64,000 nucleotides of DNA from Barthelona sp. PCE. Its lineage: Eukaryota. The notes under the pieces are model-generated. The model was not told the origin of the DNA. It saw only the letters and a program-made list of their open reading frames with translations, and did no database searches. Every line of letters starts with the position of its first letter. The stretch's first letter is position 1. Where the stretch lies: contig JAUFOR010000008.1 in the NCBI GenBank assembly GCA_040285745.1, positions 310,001 to 374,000 of the forward strand, read 5' to 3'. A program made the translations under genes and the position numbers. Below, in pieces: positions 59,053 to 64,000 of the stretch.

Positions 59053-61131
59053 ATGCCTAGAAAAACTAGTACAGGGCGAAATGTTTTATTAACTCTTGAA
59101 AATGAAGAGTTTCCTGGGGTAATTTCTTTTTTAGATGATAAATCTGTTGAGGTGAGAGTTGGGGAACCAGCACCAGCAATTTTTGCATTTGACAGCAACC
59201 AAGACATATGCTCTTGTAGATATAACACTTCAACAACCATTATCAAGCAAGATTTTGGGTCTGTTAAATACAGACAACTTTTTAGATGTGCATGGGATCA
59301 TTCGCTCTATCACACAGAGGAAAAACAACACGAGGGCCATGATTATCTAAGTGTAGCATTTTTCACTTGTCAAAATGATGACTTTGAATATTTGGAACAT
59401 CAGAGTTTACCAGATATCGACATTGACAGGGAAATTCGATTTCTGGACAGATATACATTTCTTTCAAGGAACGGAATATCCCGGAATATCGTATTGTTAA
59501 ACGAGGATTTCCATCTTTCAAGGAGGATAATTTTGGATTGTTCAGTATATGCTATTTTAGGTCATGGGTTCATTTTCTTCTATCAAAATTATGTGTATTA
59601 TGTTAACTACAATCGTGAGCAACTGGAGTCATATGATGTTATTGATATTCATTGTGAGGATCTTCAAGTTTTACGAGCTGATTCGATGTTTTATAAGCAA
59701 CAGAAGATGACAGACACATTCACTTTCGGTTATTATTTATTCTTATCTAATCGTTATGAATCTTATTATGTTTTATACATGGACGGAGATATTTTAAAGA
59801 AAATTAATTTAGTTAAGGAGTTTCCAATGTTCTCTAAGCTTTCAAGGCTTGCTGATGTTGAGTTTTTACAGTTAAAATTGGATGGGCCTGAAAAAGTATT
59901 AGTAATTTCTGCTTTTTTAAATCAAAAAAGTTGTATTCTCATTTTAAAGGAAAATTTTTGCAGAACACCAGGGTATTGTCCTTTAGATGTAACATTTTTT
60001 AGTTCAAAAAAGAACTTTTCTCGAAATTTTAATTTCTTACCAAACATCACATCCAGGTATTATTTTGCAAAGAATTCATCTACTCTGGTGAAAACAACAT
60101 CGTTAATTGATACAAATCAAACAATATTATCGATACAAAATGTTAACAGAAGCATTAGGAAAGTTTTAGATGATTGCATAATTTTTGCTGAACCTCATCA
60201 GTTGTTTACGTGGAATTTCATCAATAACACCATTCATTCAACAAGACCGTGGGTATTTTGGTCACCTTTTGTGGATGAAAATTATAATATAGATCCACAA
60301 TATATAACAGGACATGTTGTTTTTGAAAGAACCAAAAGATTGGTAAAATCTATGTATTGCTATGATATGAGAGCAGCAATGGATGGATCATGCAGAGGTT
60401 TTAAGTTGATAATGCCGGAAAATGCAGTGTTATTGAAAATTGGTAATGAGAGTTTATGGTTCTCTGTCAGTGTTTTTGCTCGTGGAAGTTCTCAAATCAT
60501 TAAGGTTTATGAGTATGAATACTCTGTTAACGAACTTAAAGTGCTGTTTGAATGCAATTTACCCACAATAACGCGTCCATTTTTTGTTAATGATCATTGC
60601 ATATTGTTTAGAGATAGTGCATCTGGTTTTTACTACCAATACGAGGATGATAAGTGGGAGGCAGCAACTGATATGTGGAGTTATTGTATTAATACCAAAG
60701 GATTTACAACGATTACAGTTGGATCTAAGAATTATAATATCAAAGGTCAATTTATTTGCACCGCACGTGACAACCTTGCAATATTTGTTGATGCAGTTTA
60801 CTTGATCACATCGGAGGCCTTTGAAGAGCAGCCATTTGGATTGAAATTGGTTGATTTGAAGGAGGAGGGTCTTGTTGGTAGCAAGAAGCACATTAATTTA
60901 CTTCCCAATGGTTTTAGTATAGTTCATTTGAACCAAGAATCCATGAAGCTATTGCATAGAATATATACTTTTAAGCAAGATAATTCATATGATGTTGATG
61001 TGAAAGATTGTAATATGTTTGATGTTTTAGCTGAATCAAAATATTTTGATTTCACAGATTGCTTTTTGAGTTTTGATCTTTGCTTCTTGACAGAACCATT
61101 ACATGAATTCAACATAATAAGTCAATTATAA
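59053..61131 (+). CDS. Hypothetical AT-rich beta-strand-rich protein, 692 aa
   Basis: Long ORF, aromatic-rich short strands. Confidence 0.65.
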   Translation: MPRKTSTGRNVLLTLENEEFPGVISFLDDKSVEVRVGEPAPAIFAFDSNQDICSCRYNTSTTIIKQDFGSVKYRQLFRCAWDHSLYHTEEKQHEGHDYLSVAFFTCQNDDFEYLEHQSLPDIDIDREIRFLDRYTFLSRNGISRNIVLLNEDFHLSRRIILDCSVYAILGHGFIFFYQNYVYYVNYNREQLESYDVIDIHCEDLQVLRADSMFYKQQKMTDTFTFGYYLFLSNRYESYYVLYMDGDILKKINLVKEFPMFSKLSRLADVEFLQLKLDGPEKVLVISAFLNQKSCILILKENFCRTPGYCPLDVTFFSSKKNFSRNFNFLPNITSRYYFAKNSSTLVKTTSLIDTNQTILSIQNVNRSIRKVLDDCIIFAEPHQLFTWNFINNTIHSTRPWVFWSPFVDENYNIDPQYITGHVVFERTKRLVKSMYCYDMRAAMDGSCRGFKLIMPENAVLLKIGNESLWFSVSVFARGSSQIIKVYEYEYSVNELKVLFECNLPTITRPFFVNDHCILFRDSASGFYYQYEDDKWEAATDMWSYCINTKGFTTITVGSKNYNIKGQFICTARDNLAIFVDAVYLITSEAFEEQPFGLKLVDLKEEGLVGSKKHINLLPNGFSIVHLNQESMKLLHRIYTFKQDNSYDVDVKDCNMFDVLAESKYFDFTDCFLSFDLCFLTEPLHEFNIISQL

Positions 61132-61177
61132 TGATTGTTCATAACAAATAATTTTTCAGTTCCAAAGAATAAGAACA

Positions 61178-61921
61178 CTATGTTACTGTTGAGCAAAAGA
61201 TTAAAGTATTATCGCTGACATCGTGATCTTGCAGTGTTCCCAACAACAATCTATGTTTGTTAAACGGGACGTAAACAATCGTGTTACGAGCCGTTGTTTC
61301 AAGCAATTTTGCACAAATTCGACGCAGTGTAGCGACTGATTCATCTGGTTGAAGGTATACAAAGCGTGTATTATTGTTCTTTTTCTTAGTTGAATAGCGA
61401 ATTTTGATGCGCATCGAGTCTGGAGTGGCTGGTTGTGAATATTTTTCAACCAGGCCGCTTTGATACTGTTCATAACGGCCCCGCTTTTTAGCAGTAAATG
61501 AGTGTAATTCTTTCACTATATCATGTTTTGAGTTATTATCAATGACATTTTCGATAATAAATCTACGAATATTCATGCGATTTAGGCTCCCTTGCATAAC
61601 ATTCGCAACTGAATCATCAATAAAATTGTAAACAATGATGGCTGGGATTCGTGCCAAGTTTGCCTTCTCCCCTAACTCCAATGGAACTTCATTTGCAAAA
61701 AGAAATAGGCACAGCTGGGGATTAAGTGATATCCACTCAAAAATGCTTTCCAGTTCTACTTTTGACTCATCATCCACGATACACACAATACATTTTGTGA
61801 ATTCTGTTCCATTTCTGAGATGGGACAAAAAATTGTAGAAATCCCTTAGTTTGGAATTAGAAGAATGGCCCGAGCTCCAAGAGCGAACAGATCCCGATGT
61901 TTGCGACCCACAACTCTCCAT
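61178..61921 (-). CDS. UAS/thioredoxin-like plus UBX/ubiquitin-like protein (FAF-like)
   Basis: IPAIIV thioredoxin-like segment and C-terminal RIKIRY...PDESVATL...TLQDHDVSDNTLI. ATG follows CCCTTTTCA. Confidence 0.5.
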   Translation of the reverse strand: MESCGSQTSGSVRSWSSGHSSNSKLRDFYNFLSHLRNGTEFTKCIVCIVDDESKVELESIFEWISLNPQLCLFLFANEVPLELGEKANLARIPAIIVYNFIDDSVANVMQGSLNRMNIRRFIIENVIDNNSKHDIVKELHSFTAKKRGRYEQYQSGLVEKYSQPATPDSMRIKIRYSTKKKNNNTRFVYLQPDESVATLRRICAKLLETTARNTIVYVPFNKHRLLLGTLQDHDVSDNTLIFCSTVT

Positions 61922-61964
61922 ATCATGATCTGAAAAGGGCCTTAAAAATATCAACAGCAATTAT

Positions 61965-63479
61965 TTATTTAGGAAGGCGCATTTGTCGTTTATCAACTGT
62001 TCTTCTGCTTCGAGGAGAGACATGTCTCACCTTAACCCTGGGTCTATCCCTAATTGGGGAATTAGCTTTTTTTTTTGGGATTCTCTTACGGTTTCTCTTC
62101 CGTGGTTCTTCCTGCTTCGGTGAACCCTCACCTTTGACTGGGGAGTTCATGACAAGATGGTGATGCTCTGCTTCAAGGTTTAAATATCTTTTTCCCATAT
62201 GATGTAACTCACGTCTCATTGTTGATGAGTCATTTGGGAGGGGTTGAGATATAAAATCTCGTAGTCTCGCCTCACTTGATGTAAAGTTCTTTCTAGTTAA
62301 TTGCTTGACAGGTGGTGTTAATGGGAATGGACTGGGGACTGGTTTCAAAACAAGAGCTTTCTTCGAATTTGCCACGTATGGCTTCACTCTGAAGTCATGG
62401 TCCCGAACCGAAGGAGTTTCCAGTAATAAATAGTCAGACGGGGTTCTGTAAGGGGAATCAATGATTTGATCACTCATATTAGGCGTCTTTAAAAACTCTG
62501 AGCTCATGTTTGAACGTGGACCACTTTCCTCTTCAATGACTGAAACTTCAATAATCTCCGAAACATCAACCTCATAAGATTCTTGAGGTTTAAATGATTC
62601 TTTCTTTGTATCTTTCGCAATATTCGTTGATGGGGTTACAACAGGTGTTACATCATTAATCACATTATCATTCTTTTTCCTTAAGGCGGCAGTTGGTGTT
62701 ACAATGGGTGTAACACTATTCTTCTTCACAGGTGTTACAACAGGTGTTACATAAGGTGTAACAATAGGAGTAATCTCTCGATCTTTTTGAAGTAAACGCT
62801 GTCTAGGTTTGTAATACTTTGGTGTCCTCTTTGAAGGATCGATGGGGGTTCTTTCCAAAATAGGCGGTGTGTCTACTTCTTCGATTGACACTTCTTTCTT
62901 CATTGGACTCACTAAAAGTGGAACATCTTCATCGATGAGCATGCGATCGTACCCAGCTCCGCTAGGCACTTCAAGCTTCACCTTTGTTAATTTATGTGGT
63001 GGTGTTACAGGTATTTCCTTTGATACTTTTTCTGGTATTGTTTTGACAATGTCAGGTTTTTCAGTTTTTGGTTCAACATCAATAATAATCTGTTTAGGCA
63101 CTTCTCCTACCTGCGGTTCATCAGTATCACTTTCTTGTGGAACTTCAAGTACAGCATTATATATGGATGTCGATGTTATGCTCTTTGCCAAATCGTATTC
63201 CACCAGAGATTCATTTATGACACGATCGAATAGCATCCTGATTTCGTCTAACTGCGATACGCGCGTATTCATACGAATGATGTATGTTGTTAAAAAATCT
63301 AAAATTTCGTTTGGAACGTTATAAGTACTCAAAACATTAACAATATCCTTTGTATTGAGAGATTTAACATCATCTGTAAGCCCACTTGTGTAACGTTTCA
63401 TCAGCATCAGCATATCCTTAAGAAACTCGTTCTTTTCCCCAGTGTCATCACTTGGTAATATTGTTTGTGTCGTGTTCAT
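61965..63479 (-). CDS. Hypothetical protein with a Thr-Pro repeat region
   Basis: Helical N-terminus then a disordered TP/SP-rich region. Confidence 0.65.
   Translation of the reverse strand: MNTTQTILPSDDTGEKNEFLKDMLMLMKRYTSGLTDDVKSLNTKDIVNVLSTYNVPNEILDFLTTYIIRMNTRVSQLDEIRMLFDRVINESLVEYDLAKSITSTSIYNAVLEVPQESDTDEPQVGEVPKQIIIDVEPKTEKPDIVKTIPEKVSKEIPVTPPHKLTKVKLEVPSGAGYDRMLIDEDVPLLVSPMKKEVSIEEVDTPPILERTPIDPSKRTPKYYKPRQRLLQKDREITPIVTPYVTPVVTPVKKNSVTPIVTPTAALRKKNDNVINDVTPVVTPSTNIAKDTKKESFKPQESYEVDVSEIIEVSVIEEESGPRSNMSSEFLKTPNMSDQIIDSPYRTPSDYLLLETPSVRDHDFRVKPYVANSKKALVLKPVPSPFPLTPPVKQLTRKNFTSSEARLRDFISQPLPNDSSTMRRELHHMGKRYLNLEAEHHHLVMNSPVKGEGSPKQEEPRKRNRKRIPKKKANSPIRDRPRVKVRHVSPRSRRTVDKRQMRLPK
62628..62775 (-). 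repeat. Degenerate 12-bp coding tandem repeat (VTP[V/I/Y] units)
   Basis: Repeated acaggtgttaca-like units encode ITPIVTPYVTPVVTPV...VTPIVTPT...VTPVVTPS. Confidence 0.75.
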
Positions 63480-63552
63480 TACATTTAATGGTCGTAAACC
63501 GTTTCCAAAAGGGAAATTAGAAAGGGAATAAAAGAAAAAACACATATATTTA

Positions 63553-64000
63553 TTACTCTGTTTGAACGCATGTAATCTCATCTATGAATCCATCCAAAAA
63601 GCGACGAGTGCTGCGTAATGTTGGTTTAACTTTCTTTCGCGTTATTCTCATTTCTTTGTATAAGGTGCTCTCTTTGGCATTGCTATGAAGAAGTTTTAGT
63701 AAACCAATCAAATTACCTTCTAACTTCTCTTCAAGTATTTCAAGATAAACTTTGTTAAAATTCCTTGAAGAAGATTGTGAAAAAAGTACTAATAGATTAA
63801 TGATACGATGCAAATGTGAATCGCCCCCTAATAATTCATATTTTGCCTTCAAGGTGGTGATATCCTGCAAAAGATAACGTAAGATAGCAACAATCATTGA
63901 GTTCTTTAATTGATTTAATTCACTTTCAATATCATCAATGTGAATTGTTACAACATCCGATGAGTCTCGGTCGGCTGACTGGCTTAAGGCCTGGAGCTCT
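63553..64000 (-). CDS. 3' end of a helical protein whose start lies outside the window
   Basis: The frame of ORF 63553-63897 stays open to base 64000. Confidence 0.7.
   Translation of the reverse strand, partial: ELQALSQSADRDSSDVVTIHIDDIESELNQLKNSMIVAILRYLLQDITTLKAKYELLGGDSHLHRIINLLVLFSQSSSRNFNKVYLEILEEKLEGNLIGLLKLLHSNAKESTLYKEMRITRKKVKPTLRSTRRFLDGFIDEITCVQTE

Noticed and set aside
1225-63324. Numerous 60-180 aa ORFs antisense or out of frame inside long genes
   Set aside because: Shadow ORFs of well-supported genes, with no motifs.
1-64000. Alternative genetic code (e.g. TAA/TAG read as Gln)
   Set aside because: Conserved genes are full-length in the standard code and end at expected positions with TAA, TAG or TGA.
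1-64000. CRISPR arrays, transposons, rRNA, telomeric repeats, prokaryotic operons
   Set aside because: No repeat-spacer arrays, transposase/RT motifs or rRNA-like sequence were seen, and the gene content is eukaryotic.

Overview
Gene-dense, almost intronless genomic DNA from a unicellular eukaryote. It uses the standard genetic code: TAA, TAG and TGA all end genes. About 36 protein-coding genes are packed with intergenic gaps mostly of 7-450 bp. Recognisable genes include syntaxin-6/Tlg1, CEP70, Yip1, a PPPDE/DeSI peptidase, SmE, a Reb1/TTF1-like Myb protein, nicotinamidase, TMEM208, a MESH1-like HD hydrolase, a CCX/NCLX exchanger, AP-5 mu, an SDR, a RalGAP-alpha-like protein, Sec11, WDR3/Utp12, an FGD-like RhoGEF, a UBXN4-like protein, a sedlin-family TRAPP subunit, Tfb5 and Dopey. 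CEP70 and an ASH-domain protein suggest a flagellate. The compact layout resembles metamonads, but that is inference only. The most unusual gene is a ~1385-aa fusion of a beta-rich region, coiled coil, protein kinase, HECT E3 and RBR-type RING2/Rcat, with both candidate catalytic cysteines retained and a GC step near its 3' end. Other highlights are a readable cis-regulatory grammar (a CCC[A/T]TTTCA initiator-like motif, a TGTGGCTTA element ~95-120 nt upstream, and a WGTAAA 3' motif), tiny bidirectional promoters, a candidate 61-nt intron in a micro-gene, a RalGAP-alpha-like protein lacking its catalytic Asn, and a macrodomain/PARG-like orphan. All family calls come from motif recognition by eye; no database searches were run.
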